A stretch of 64,000 nt of DNA, from the NCBI RefSeq assembly GCF_021028975.2, contig NC_059426.1, positions 44,826,001 through 44,890,000 on the forward strand. The letters run 5' to 3'. The DNA is from Sphaerodactylus townsendi (taxonomy: Eukaryota). The translations under genes and the position numbers were made by a program. Below, in pieces: positions 12,589-24,984 of the stretch; the first letter of the stretch is position 1; every line of letters starts with the position of its first letter. The notes below the pieces were generated by a model. It saw only the letters and a program-made list of their open reading frames with translations. It was not told where the DNA came from and did no database searches.

Positions 12589-12625
12589 CGCCAATCAGGA
12601 ACAGGGAGCCGCCATCTTGTTAAGT
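12589..12625 (-). other. Probable first exon of an unidentified minus-strand gene
   Basis: AACAAGATGGCGGCTCCCTGTTCCTGATTGGCG|GTGAGC: TSS-proximal YY1 motif followed by a 5' splice site; its ATG opens only MAAPCS*; the TSS position is approximate. Confidence 0.55.
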
Positions 12626-13079
12626 GGGGGTGTCCCCGTCTAAAGGAGGGCGTAGGGACGACGTAGACACGTGTCGACATCCAGTCGAAGTCACGTCTTC
12701 ACGTCTCAACTTGTTCAAAGCCCGTGCCGAGCAAATGGAAAATGTCGGCGCCGAGCGAATGAGGAAGTACAAGAGGCGTGCGTGCGAGCTGGCTTCTGCT
12801 TTCACTTCCAAACACTGCTGATGACCTGTCTCCACAGAAAGCGCGGCCAACGCTTTACTGCTGACGTCAGCATGTGCCGACGTCTTAATAGAGGGCTGTT
12901 AGCGCCTCTTTGATGACGTTCGCACTCACGCTCGTGCGAACCTATCATAAACAACCTCTTCCCAGCCAATCACACTGGAGACCCGCCCTCGGCTGGCCGC
13001 CACTTTCTCGTAACTCATGACGCACATGTTCGACGGCCAATCGGAGCGCTCCATTCCCCTCATTGCAACGGAACTCCCG

Positions 13080-13197
13080 CTCTTTGCTGCCCGCGTTATT
13101 TCAAGAATTGCAAACGTGTGGGGAACAAATGTCTCCGTGGTCAGAAGCCACGGAGGCTTTTCATTGCGGGGTCGCAGCGGCGTTGCAGTTTAGTGAG
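13080..13197 (+). other. Probable first exon of a plus-strand transcript (lncRNA or unrecognised gene)
   Basis: Consensus donor GAG|GTAAGT at the edge of the CpG island, downstream of two CCAAT boxes; ATG at 13129 is open for 23 codons to the donor; the start is approximate. Confidence 0.55.
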
Positions 13198-13211
13198 GTA
13201 AGTGGGTAGTG

Positions 13212-13370
13212 GCCCATTTTCAAAGCAAGAGGTGTTGAGTGGTAGTTTGCCACTGCCTGCATCTGCATCATGACCCTTTCTGTTTCTTGGAGTTTGCCCA
13301 TCCATGCAGCTGGCCCTGCTTAGCTTCTGAGATCTGACAGAGCTCAGACTAGTCTGGGCTATCCAGGTCG
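13212..13370 (-). mobile_element. 5S rRNA-derived SINE with RTE-like tail
   Basis: Minus strand reads GATCTCAGAAGCTAAGCAGGG..GGATGGG (5S internal promoter region) then GGCAGTGGCAAACTACCAC..TCTTGCTTTGAAAA; related copy at 39520-39670. Confidence 0.75.
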
Positions 13371-14657
13371 TCTTATTCACTGAGTACATTTTTTATTCTG
13401 CTTCTTCTCTCAGGAGTTTATGAGAATCTACATTGCAATCTCTTCCTCCCTTTTTTGCAGCCCTGTAAGGCAGAGGAACACTGGCCCAAGCTTCCTGTCA
13501 GAGTAGAACTTCGAACCTGGGTCCACCAATTCCTGATATTGAACAATTTTAAAAAATGCATCATGCTGGCTCTGTTTCTTTTATTTATCATATTTGTATC
13601 CTGCCTTTCTCCTGTGGATTCCTAGACAGCCTTCTAACCAGGCACAGATCAAATGCTGATGTTCTTAATTTCAGCAGGGCTGCTATGACATTTGGCTTTT
13701 TAGACCATGTCAGGGAACTCTCACAGAGAAATCAGTAGCTGCTACTTCAACAGCTATTGAGTCTAATCTCTGTACCTGTTAAGGCTTAGTTCAACTCTCC
13801 TGTGAATATTCTGATGTGTGTTTCCCCACCTCCACTGGACATTATTGGCTGCAGTTGGTGAAGGAGAGGAAGTATACACTGCAATAATGATAAAGTTGAA
13901 CTAAGTGTTTCTAGCAGTAGCTCTATGATATAGATTCTTCAGATTTTATGTTATTTTGACATCTTAGGTTTCTGTTTGGGGGGAAAAGCAGGTTTACAAA
14001 AAGTGGAAAAACACTGTATGAAATGCTTTGGTATTATTCCTGAGCACTGTAGGGCTTAATTTCTGGTACCCCATTACTAAAGTTGGAAGTAAGCGTGCCT
14101 TAAGATCAATATAGCAATGCTTTGTGACATGGAGAAATTGGAATTTGATCCCATGGAGACATAGCTGGTGCTAGTTCGTTTCAGTCAAGTCTTTTCACTG
14201 TTTTATTGTACCAACATGGATTGGGAAATATTAGTGATAGTATGGAAACCAGCCCATTGTATTCCTTTGGTCATGAGGCAGAACTGTGAATTGTCATGAT
14301 GCAATGTATTGTTGTTTGTTAAGAAAATGCTAGCTGAAACAATGAAACTGTTTTTGCACAATAGGATACGTAACACTTTGCCAGATGTCTGACAAAAGCC
14401 ATCTCTGTTGAATATTCGGAGCTGAGCACTGCTTTTTGACATATCCAGTAGACTGGGTCATACACATGCAAATGGATGCTGCAGAAGGAAAAGCGGTAGC
14501 TTCTTGAGGATAGGGTTGTGTGCATTTTCCATCATTTTTCCCCAGAATAATGTATTGTTACAATCATCTCTCGTCATACATATAACCAAGAATAATTAAT
14601 TACCCTTTGGTTAGGCTGATGTCCTGCTCATTAGTGACCGAATCATTTGCATCCCAA

Positions 14658-14817
14658 ACCAGTGTGGTATAGTGGTTAGAGTGATCTGGGAGACCCAGGA
14701 ACAAATTTCCACTCTGTCATTGCAACTTGCAAGGTGACCTTGGACCAGTCACACACACTCAGCCTAACCTGCCTCACAGGGTTGTTGTGAAGATAAAATG
14801 GAGGAGAAGAGAATAAT
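14658..14817 (+). mobile_element. tRNA/CORE SINE (Squam3-like)
   Basis: A-box TGGTATAGTGGTTAGAG, CORE-like GGTGACCTTGGACCAGTCAC, CCTCACAGGGTTGTTGTGAAGATAAAATGG. Confidence 0.8.
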
Positions 14818-15240
14818 GGCCCTTTCTTCACAAGCCCCTGAAAGCATTTTCAAAAGCCCCATTTGTCCACACTCACCCGCTCAAAAATGCTTCCTGGCTG
14901 CCATTTTGTAGTTGTTCATTTCCTTTTTAAAAACTCTATGGATTGGATGCTGTGATGCCTTGTGATTCTCTAGGGATCATGTCTGTGTAGCTACCCTCCT
15001 GAAATTAAAAAATAACTGATGTAAATACAGCACAAGATGGCCAGCATGAGCTCAAAAAATGGCAACGACAAGGAACTGGAGACTGCAGAGCAGCATGGGC
15101 TGAATTCCCACTGAAAATTTAATCTAGATACAATCAGGTTTCAAAAGAATAGGCACCTTTTCATCCAGGTTCCAATATCCCCACTGCAGCATGTTTCTAG
15201 TGAAGACTTCTAGGCCTGCCCCTTGGAAGGGTGCCTGTTG

Positions 15241-15597
15241 TCAGGGGTGCAATTGTTAAGCTAGCAGCACCAAAATTTCAGAGTACCTTTAGGAGACCCT
15301 CCTGATGATACCACCCAGGTTTGGTGAAGTTGGGTTCATGGGGCCCAAAGTTATGGGCCCTCAAATGTGTAGCCCCCATCTCCTATTAGCTCCCATTGGA
15401 AACAATGGGGGATGGGGCACCCCCTTTGGGAGTCCATAGCTTTGGAGCCCCTGGAACAAACTTCACAAAACCTGGGTGGTGTCAGTAGGAGACTCTCCTG
15501 ATGAGACCACCCAGGTTTGGTGAAGTTTAGTTCATGGGGGCCAAAGGTATGGGCCCTCAAATGTGTAGCCCCTATCTCCTATTAGCTTCCATTGGAG
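15241..15597. repeat. Fragment of the palindromic-unit array seen in the 50605-53090 element
   Basis: Same unit (CACCAAAATTTCAG..AGGAGAC.CTCCTGATGA.ACCACCCAGGTTTGGTGAAGTT..CCAAAGTTATGG) repeated at a 196-bp period, with a palindrome centred near 15492. Confidence 0.85.
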
Positions 15598-16047
15598 TGC
15601 TTTTTCAAAAAGGTGCATATACAATCAGGTCCAGGAAAATCTTGGAGATTAAATGGGTTAAATAAGAGTTTGTAGCTCATTTATTGACCATAGTTTGATT
15701 TAATTGAAGTATGCTATGATATTTGAGCTCACAAAGCATATAAGGCTGCACTACTTGTAGACACCACAGAAAAGGCAACCATGGGAGGATGTCTTCCTTG
15801 TTGGGAGGCAGAATTCCAGTATATACACTACAGTGAATCTGTGTTCAAAGTACATTTTTCCTTATTTGCACATTGAGTAATTCTTATGTTATATTTAACA
15901 TATTTCCCTCCAAAGATGTGATTTAAATCCAAGATTTATATAGGTTTCAGTCTCCCAGGTTTTGTTTTCAAAATATGTGTGTGTTGAATTTTTCCTACAA
16001 ACAGATGCAGAATATAGTCATGTCAGCTGCAAAGTATGGACAGGGCC

Positions 16048-16336
16048 AAGTGGCATAGAAGGGGGCAAAATGGTGCCCGCCCCTCCCCCATGATGCCCCC
16101 CCCCACTGAGCTACTTTTTGCAGCCAGCTGAACTCAGATAAGTGGGGGGCATAGGGGGTGTCACGGGGGGGGGCGCGAGGCCTAGCCACTTCTGGGAAGG
16201 AGGAGGCACATGCACATTGGGCCAAGGCCCAGCCATGCCCCTCCTCCTTCCTGGAAGTGTGGGGGGAGATTTTCCCACCCCCACATGTCTTCCACGGTCA
16301 TTGTCCCTGGATGTTCCCGTGGCAGCTACACCACTG
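16048..16336. mobile_element. GC-rich hAT MITE
   Basis: Ends AAGTGGCATAG / CTACACCACTG; TSD ACAGGGCC/ACAGGGCT. Confidence 0.75.
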
Positions 16337-17094
16337 ACAGGGCTAGAGAGGAGGCAAGCAGCAGGTAAACTGGGAGTTTTCTTCAGGCCAGAATGTGTGA
16401 CTTGTGTCTGTCTGTTGTACTAATGAGAGTTTGTGGCACAGTCAATGGCTTATCATGATGCAGCCTAGATCCTTAAATGGGTTAAATGAGAGTTTGGGTC
16501 AGCTCTTCATTAGTAAATTTTCAGCTGCACATCTCTAATATGTATTGACATGATACTGTTAACTCTATCCAACAGGAAAAAATTCCTCTCCTTTATTCTT
16601 AATTGATGTAATTGTTGTTCCTGTTCACATATTTATGTAAAATTTTAATATGCCCCCTAAGCACATGAAATACTGCAGTAATCATTTTCTACACACCAAG
16701 AAGCAGGACATATATGCATGTACAACCACAATGTACAATTCCATAGAAGCGTTGACTCCAGTCATTTGTCTTTTACTTGGAGAGATGCTGAGATGTGCTT
16801 TCCCCTTATGAGGGCATAATACCTACTTCATAAAGAAAAAAAGTTTTCTGCCTATCCTCAGAGACTTTTTTTTTGTATTATTGCTTATCCTAATTTCAAG
16901 ATGAGACATGATTGCTGTTGCTGAAAGTCCTCATGCTGACACTTCGAAGAAAAATATCTTTTTTCTACTAAACGTTGTAAAATGTTTGCATTGTTGCATT
17001 AGCTCAAAAATATTATCTCTTCCAAGAACTGTGAAATATACAGAAAAGGGCAATCAAAAGGAGCAAGGAATTGGAATGTCTTTCTGTGATGAAT

Positions 17095-17230
17095 AGCTAA
17101 AAGATTTGGAGCCTTTTAGTGTAGAAAAGGGCAACAAGTAAGAGGGAGGAGCATGATAAACGTTTGTAGAATTATTCAGGGTGCCAAGAAATGGGATAGA
17201 AAAATATTTTCTTTCTTTCCTCTCTCAAAT
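17095..17230 (+). mobile_element. Old CR1 ORF2 C-terminal fragment
   Basis: Resembles the CR1 motif RLKxLGLFSLEKRRLRGDMIxVxKI (LKDLEPFSVEKG..SMINVCRII). Confidence 0.55.
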
Positions 17231-17467
17231 AAACTAGATTTCAGAGTTGCACAATGAAGCTGAGTGGATGAAGACTGAGGACACACACAAATAAGTACTT
17301 TGTTGCATAATACAAGTCACTGTCACAGGAAACAGTGAAAGACTCATCTGTATGTGTTTTTGAAAGGAATTTGTCAAATTCATTGTAAGCTGTCTTGAAC
17401 CGTGAGGAAAGGCAAGATATAGATATTTTAATAAATACATACAGATAAATTGAGGATAAAGAAACCT

Positions 17468-17537
17468 GCGGCACAGAGTGGTAAGCTGCAGAACTGCAGC
17501 CCAAGTTCCACTCATGACCTGAGTGAGTTCGGTCCCA
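17468..17537 (+). mobile_element. tRNA-derived SINE head fragment
   Basis: A-box GGCACAGAGTGGTAAG and B-box-like GAGTTCGGTCCC. Confidence 0.55.
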
Positions 17538-17799
17538 ATGAAAGTCAATTTTACGTACACTCAGTGATACTAGAAGATTCCAAATTTCAAAATGAGGCTC
17601 TGAAAAATGAGCATTTTCCAGATTTGGAGAAAAAAAACACAGCTCTATTTACTGAGCCTACTACCATATCAGGCCCATTGGAATTCATCCATCACTCATT
17701 TCTTTATTAGTCACCAAGTAACATCATATTAGAACAGCATTATTAGACAAGCAGATGTAATTAAAGTGCAATTTACACATTTGCAGCATATGCAGCAAT

Positions 17800-17976
17800 T
17801 AGGGTTGCCAGCCTCCAGGTGGTGGCTGGAGATCTTCCACTATTACAACTGATCTCCAGGAAATAGAAATGGCTGATGTAGTAGTGGGAGGCTGTGGCAT
17901 TATACCCTGTTAAAGTCCCTTTGCTTCTTATCCACCCCCAAAATTGGTATTTTCCAACCCATATCTGGCAACCCTA
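17800..17976. mobile_element. hAT-like MITE with TAGGGTTGCCAG TIRs
   Basis: Perfect 12-bp TIR pair TAGGGTTGCCAG / CTGGCAACCCTA; TSD degenerate. Confidence 0.75.
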
Positions 17977-18109
17977 CTGACAATATGACTCTTGTCACAA
18001 AAAAAATTGCCATCAGATTCAAACACAAAGCAATATATTGCAAATACAATTGACTTTTTTAAAAAGAAGGTATGCTTTCAAAGATGGCATTTAAACAATC
18101 CCCCTTCCC

Positions 18110-18483
18110 CAGAGACATATCAAGGAGACATGGCACCCGGGGACAACACCTTCTCCCGGTGGGGTTTGGGAGCATGGCTCAGGAGTGCTAAGCCCCACCC
18201 CTGCCTCCCTGCAGGCCAGCTCCTGCCATCCCCGGGGCCTGCATGGGCACCGGGCTGCCCACCACCAAGCCTCGCCCCCTACCTCTCTGCAGGCTGGCTC
18301 TTGCCATCCCCAGGCCTTGGAGACAGCAGGAGATGGTGGGGGGTGAGGCTCAGCAGCATGCAGGTGGGGCGCATGCTGTTTTGTCACATGGTAGGGTGTC
18401 CAGCCACCCCCCCCCCACATTACTAAAAGGCATGAGTCCGGGGACATGGGAGACCCCATGTCCCTATAGGCCATACTCCTCTG
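18110..18483. mobile_element. GC-rich hAT-like MITE with an internal ~80-bp direct repeat
   Basis: CAGAG...CTCTG ends, TSD CCCTTCCC/CCCTCCCC, repeated CTGCAGGC..GCTC.TGCCATCCCC. Confidence 0.6.
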
Positions 18484-19698
18484 CCCTCCCCTGCTTGCAG
18501 AAGACCCCATTTTAGGGCAAGAAAAATGTTTAATAAATGAAAGGGAGTTAAATATAATCTCTCAAATTGCTTGTAATTCAACAGGCTCACCAAAACACAC
18601 ACATTCTAACCCAGGTTATGCATCCATTGCATGAAGACCACTTATCTTGTGACATTCGCAGAATAGCACTAGGAAGTGGACCCTTGTTATCAGGTACCAT
18701 ACTTTCACCACAACTCTAGAATGAGGAAGGGATATCTTTCCAAAGAGTTTTCACGCCTGGAGCCCAGGCAGTTGGCAACTATGCAGTACTAAATCACATC
18801 CAAAAACCAATACAGAGAATGAGGGCATTTCCAAAAGGCAGTGGGAGCTCGATTCTACAAAGGGCATGAAAAATGGTGGCACAATCTATCATGTTGAGCC
18901 CATAAGGGAACCCTGAAATGTCATGAAATCTCTGTTTGATCTGTTGTCACTACTGCTAGTCATATAAAAAATTAACATATTTAATTAACTGCCTGACCAA
19001 AGCAGCTGTTCCCTTATATAAAACTTCAACATGGATGTGACTCAGTGCTTGGATGTGCCAGTGCAATTGTGGCTTAGGTCTGATTATGTTTTTGCACTGA
19101 ATGGCCCAGCATGGCTTTCATGTCCAATGGCTGAAGTCAAGATCCTTCTTCAGTTTATGATCGTGTATGGTGATGCTTCAGCCCAGATTGCTTAATAACA
19201 TTCAACTTCAGGTCTGCCAGCAGGACACATCAGGCACAGCAAAACAGACTCCCTGGCCAGACCAACCACTTCCCTTGTTTTGTGTTCCTGACACCCAGCC
19301 ATTTCCCTGCTGCCGAGACCGCTGATAGGATTGGCGGAGTAATACTGATATAATTCTGACCACTATTTCATTTATAATCCAGTTCTATTTTGTATCACAC
19401 CTGGCTCCTTTTCTTAAATATTTAATAGATAACCTTTGAATGCAAAATATGCAACAAAATAAATGACTAAAGGAGTAGAGTTTAAAAGCCATTTCCAGAG
19501 ACAACTTGGACAAGCAGCATGCTTGCTTTATGGTGTGACACACTCCGCTTTCCAGCTGCTTCTTCATCTGCATGCATCCATTTTGTTGGGAACACTTCTG
19601 GAGTAACTTTGCTAATTGTTGTTCACCTGAGTATTTTCATATTCATTCTTGAAGTAATCCCTTCCACACGGGTTTATTAAAATTATAGGCTTATTCCT

Positions 19699-19984
19699 TT
19701 TTTAAATTTTTATTAATTTTATTGATAAATCAACATAAATCAGACATACATTATTTAAGTACTTTTAAAATATTACAAATGCCTTTCAATTAACTCATAT
19801 CTACTTCCTCATCTTATTCCTAATTCCTTTTTGCATTAACTCACATTACACCATCATCTTATAGAACTTATATAACATATCTTCCTTACTATTCTGCTAA
19901 ATTTCTTTTTACTTCCTCTATTTTATATTATTTAAGCAGTATCTTATTCTGACTTCCTACTAGCTACATTCCTAGAATATAAGA
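19699..19984 (-). mobile_element. 5'-truncated L1-type retrocopy (3' UTR only)
   Basis: T-rich tail on the left; perfect 21-bp TSD TAAAATTATAGGCTTATTCCT at 19678-19698 and 19985-20005. Confidence 0.85.
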
Positions 19985-20279
19985 TAAAATTATAGGCTTA
20001 TTCCTATTTCTTAACATGAATGGTGTTGTTTTTAGACAAACCAATAGGCCTGCTATAGTGACTGGAAGTATAGCCTGTTGAAGATGGGTAAAGCAGAGTT
20101 TTCCTGTGAAGAAAATGCTGAGGTATTTCTCAAAAGGTCATTTAAAAGGCAAAAAATAGAAATTGCAACTAGTTACCTGTTTCCAAGCTGTAATTTTGTA
20201 CCTTTTACCTGCACTTATATCATGTTTTATATCTCTGTTGCTCTATGTGTCATCAGCTTATCTGAAAATCTGCCAGTCC

Positions 20280-20485
20280 CCTCCCGGGGTTTAGTACCGG
20301 ACATCACCCACCTAATTAATTAATTATAGAAACGTTACTGCTGCTACTGTTTTTATTGTACTTATTGTTTTAATTTGGATTATTCGATTGTTTTAGCTGC
20401 AATGTATTGTGTTTGGTTGCCTGTAAACTGCTCTGAGCCCATCGGAGGCAGAGCGGTCAAACAAACAAACAAACAAACAAATAAA
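20280..20485 (+). mobile_element. L2-type LINE 3' end with (AAAC)n tail
   Basis: GTAAACTGCTCTGAGCCCATCGGAGGCAGAGCGG followed by (CAAA)n/(TAAA). Confidence 0.7.
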
Positions 20486-23400
20486 TATTGTGTACATACA
20501 GGGNNNNNNNNNNNNNNNNNNNNNNNNNNNNNNNNNNNNNNNNNNNNNNNNNNNNNNNNNNNNNNNNNNNNNNNNNNNNNNNNNNNNNNNNNNNNNNNNN
20601 NNNNNNNNNNNNNNNNNNNNNNNNNNNNNNNNNNNNNNNNNNNNNNNNNNNNNNNNNTGTTAATGGTCAGAACACTAAATGGTGGACTTGTTTTTGACAT
20701 CACTGTCACTTTGACAAGACTCCCTCAGTGATGGCTGATGACTTCTAGAGCTGGTGGGGTTGTAGGGGGCATTCTATTTGTGTGGGGTTTTTTTTAAAGA
20801 CTCTTCTTCATATAAACAGTTTCATAGCTTGGAAGTCATGAATCTAGTTTCAGTCCACTGGGTGTCCATTTGGATATACAAAAATACTTTAAAATGCACT
20901 GCTACAGTACCTTAAACATCAATTGTGTCATCTCTCCTCCAAACCCTCAAAGTAGTTGTGAAGGAGAAGACAGAGAGATTCACAGATGTATGAAACATAA
21001 TTACAGAGTGATAGTTCCCTCCTGAAATGGCACAGGTATGTGGTTTGCCTTGCTTCCCTTCTGGAAATGGAGAACAAGCCTGAAGCATGGAAGCTGGTTG
21101 AGGAAAATGGAGAGCCATGAGAAGGTGCTTTTCGGTGTTTTCTGCCTCTTGGCAGTGGACAACTCACCCACCCTCCTAAGGCAGCACTGTGGCACTGACT
21201 ACTTGATATAAAGGAATTTTTGGACCACTGTACCTGACTGATTGAGATAAGGTGCCTTTTTTGCTTGCTTCCCATTTCTCGAAGTGGAATGGAATAATTA
21301 AATAGGCCACGTCAAAGGTATGGTTAGCTTTTAATTGGGATAGGTCGCACAATGGAGGTATTCCAGAAGCATGCATCCCAAGACATCAAAGGATGATGTT
21401 ACCTAAGTCTGTTACTTATAGTTGGCTTATTATAGTTGGCTTTTTGTTGTTACTTATTAGTTGGATTTGGGTAAGATAGTCTTGTTGAGGTTGCACATTA
21501 TCACCTGAACCCTTTACTGACCATCATGAAAGGACAGGAATGAAGCTGATCATTTTTCAGCATATTACCTGATTCCTGATAAGGGACAGCAGGTAGCTTT
21601 TTAATAGATCCCCATGTTTTTGTAATAACTGACAGTGGCATTGCTTTCAAAGGCACAGTGTGTACAACACAAGTTGTAAGGCAGGAGTCTGTACAGCGAG
21701 ATAGAAGAGATGAAATGTTTTCAGGTCTCATAAGTGTCACATTTTATTCTGTAATCCATTATTTAATATTTCTTGGTAAATCTGGAGAATTCTACCTTTG
21801 TTTATGCTGCCTCCAAAGACACGTACCAATGCCCTCACCAAAGCACAGTAATGGATATCAGATTACTCCTGCCCTGAAATAATTCTTAGTTGGAAGGATG
21901 ATGTTCCATGTGTTTGGTCTCCCTGGAGTTTCTAAAATATTGGCTTGTTATCAGGTGAATAATGTGGGACTATCTTGAGGATAAGCACAAGATGGATGAT
22001 GAAAATTTGTACTAGAAACTTAGGTCCATGACATAGTGCTAATCCTATCTTTGACTTCAATAGGATTTTGCTTGCACAAAAGTTTTCAATGCTAGACCAA
22101 TTACCGGAAAGAGTTGCAAAAATACAAAAGGGTTTGTTTTACTTTGTAAAGGAAAAGCTTACCATTCCAGTCAAATATCCACCTCAGCAGCCACATATAT
22201 AAATTGGTCTCAGGTTCAAAACCATGTTGCTGTGAAAGACCCTGGAGTGAAAAGTTACTCTTTTTCAGATTTACCAAAGTGGAGTAATACTGATAGTCCA
22301 CTCACAGGATACAATCTGAGCAGGGTGAGACCATTTGACTCCTCCTGGTAAGGAATTGCAGGGAAGGAAAAAGAGCAAGGACTAGATTAGGAAGGAGCCG
22401 TGCATCTTGCAGACATAAATCTGGAATCTTGTGTGGTCTTCCTGTGACCCAAGACTCAAGGTTTTTATTGCAAACACCTTTCTTCAAACATCCATTTTAA
22501 CATGCATCCATCTGTCAAGTGATGTTTTCCACAGCAGTGTTAATGTGTGTGCGCACCCCCCCTTACCACTGTGGTAGTTCACACCTTTTACTAGGGCTGG
22601 AGTTGGAGTGCAATAAACAGGCTTCCACAGTTTCAAATATTAAAAAGGCTCTAAATGTGAAAGATACTTCAAAGAAAGGAAAAGGAAAGACATAGAAAAC
22701 AAAAGCAGAGCACAGGCAGGCTACAGAAAGACTAAAACTGACATTTAAAATGCACAAGGAGATGCCAGCTTGAAAATGTCCATGGTGAGAAGTGAAAAAA
22801 AGCTAACATACTACAAGGCAAGCATATTTTCAGCTTCAAAACTTGTGTATTTAAAATTAGCATGATATCAAGGGCAAGAAAACCAGGTAAAATTCTTTAG
22901 CTTGTGTTTTAATTAGTTACAAATATTCCCCAAAGAGTAGGGAATATAAAGTTCCAAGTTCCAGACTTTCCTATAAAATTGCAACTTTCTCTCAATTACA
23001 GGATCAGTGGGAATATAAAAAAAACCTGGGGGAAAAAGAAAGTTACTGCTTTACATGAAATATTAAAATTGCATCAGGAATACTTTCTGGCATTAAAAAT
23101 AAACAATAACATTTCTTCCTAGTTTTGGTTCACTCCAGTTCTTTAAAAATTAATTATTACCTCTTTAAATATTTGATTAAATTACATTTGGGTGGGTTAC
23201 CAGCATCCAAAAAAATGTCTTCAGTTTCTGTCATGCACATACATATGATACGGTTATGCTGTCATTAAAGTGTAGAACCCCAGTGTCTCTGTGTCATCAT
23301 TTCAGAGTTCCTGGATCTCTTGCCACTTTAAACGGAACGAACAGAATTAAGTAAAGAAATTTTAATAAAGTGCAAAACAATGAAATGACATTATAAGATA

Positions 23401-24984
23401 TCTGAGATTTTCATATTCTGCGACTATATCTCATTTTTGAAAAAGGCCACATTACTTTTTAATCATTTTTAATTAGGATTTGGAGATAAGATTCTGGAAA
23501 TCAGAAAAGCAGGACACATGAAGGTTCTGTTAACATGTGGGCTTTATGGCATGTTGACGTCCCCTGCTTAGCAAGAAGAGACCAAATCTATTGAAATGAC
23601 CTAAGAGCAGTCCAACAATTAACTGCTATAAGGAGAATATTCGCACAGAGATCACATATTTGTAGTAGCAGATTTAATCAAATTTAAGTTATGAGAAATA
23701 ACTTCAGGCATTAAAGAACTTACAGGAATAAAATAAATACTGACTGCATATTATAGTTCCTGCTTGACCACCTACGTTCTATTAGTATTAGAAGGCGGAG
23801 GCAACCTATTGCACTTTTACCTTACATTTCCACCAACTGGAGGAGGGTGCATGCATTGTATCCTCCTATCAAGTAGGTTAGTCGGAGAGATAGTGATGGG
23901 TCCATGGACACTTGAGACAAAGTAGGGATTTCACCAAGGTCTCTTTGGTCAACTTGTGCCTTCAAACTCCTAAACCATACTGGTTCTTTTTATCTAGATT
24001 TCTTCTTAGTCCCAATATCTGACTTGTTGAGGGGAAAAGAGCCAATATTTGACATTCAGCTTTCATCCTCAATTTAATTTTGAATCTTGTTGTGATTGAC
24101 AAATATTTCTTGTGCTTTACTTTTGAGAGCTTACTAAGGTGGTGTTTTCATTCTACAAGACATTCTTCATGTGACAGTTTGGGCTTCCTGGTCTACACTG
24201 TTGAGGAGAGGGAAAAAAGCTGTTTCTTTCTCTCAGTTTCTATAAGCATCTTAGCAGAATGGGCTTCTCAGACCAAAAATAGAACTGAAGTGGATTGAAG
24301 AGGCTGAATGAGGTACTCCTATTTCCATGGTATTTGAATAGTGGCACCCAAATAATGAGTGCTAAATAAAGGAAGGAGAGGAAGGACTGGCAGAATCATC
24401 AGCCACCTCATGTAGAATATGAAAGAAAGTAACTTCTTTGAAATGCCATCCTTAAAGCTGTGCCCTCTTCTTGCTTCAGTGCCATCCTTAAATTCTTCAG
24501 ATGAACAGCTCTATACAGTGCTAAAGCACTCAGACTGGAAGTTCAGGAAGTTGGGGACAGGCAATGGTTGAGAAATGATATTTTCATAATTGGGCATTTA
24601 GAAATAGGAAGCTGATTGGCATATTTTGATTTTACTGTTCAGCATAGATTAAAATCCATGTAAAACTCTCAAAAGGTCAGTTGGGGGCATTAAGAAGTGG
24701 CATTTGAGAAGAAGAGGGGAGAGTTGGCCCTAAGCCATGAAATCTGCCCCAAATGCTGAATAAATTATGTCTGCTTCAGTTGAATGTTGGATAGGAAAAA
24801 CTGTTTCAACACCAATGGAATTGTTTAAGTTGGCCAAGCTAAGTTGGTGGTAGCTGGTTGATCCAGTGCATTTAATGTATCCATTTGCCCCATGCAGGGA
24901 AACGGTACCAATAAAAGTAGTAGGTGAATAAGCACCTGTTGAAATGGGTTGGAAAGGGTATGACATGGAGGTAGATCAATCAAA

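Larger units (their letters stand above)
12350..13200. promoter_or_regulatory. CpG island, probable bidirectional promoter
   Basis: High CpG density with no TIR or TSD; YY1 motif GCCGCCATCTTG 12608-12619; CCAAT at 12591, 12966 and 13037; TGCTGACGTCAGCA 12859-12872; E-box palindrome GACACGTGTC 12666-12675; ETS GGAAGT; outward-facing splice donors on both strands. Confidence 0.85.

Noticed and set aside
13300-13350. 5S rRNA gene
   Set aside because: Partial and diverged, with a retroposon tail; it is a SINE head. The tRNA-like heads elsewhere are likewise SINEs rather than tRNA genes.
21569-21688. 120-nt minus-strand symmetric exon candidate (SCLTTCVVHTVPLKAMP...YQES)
   Set aside because: The splice sites are plausible, but it lies upstream of the minus-strand promoter and beyond the other gene's 3' end, and I recognise no homology.
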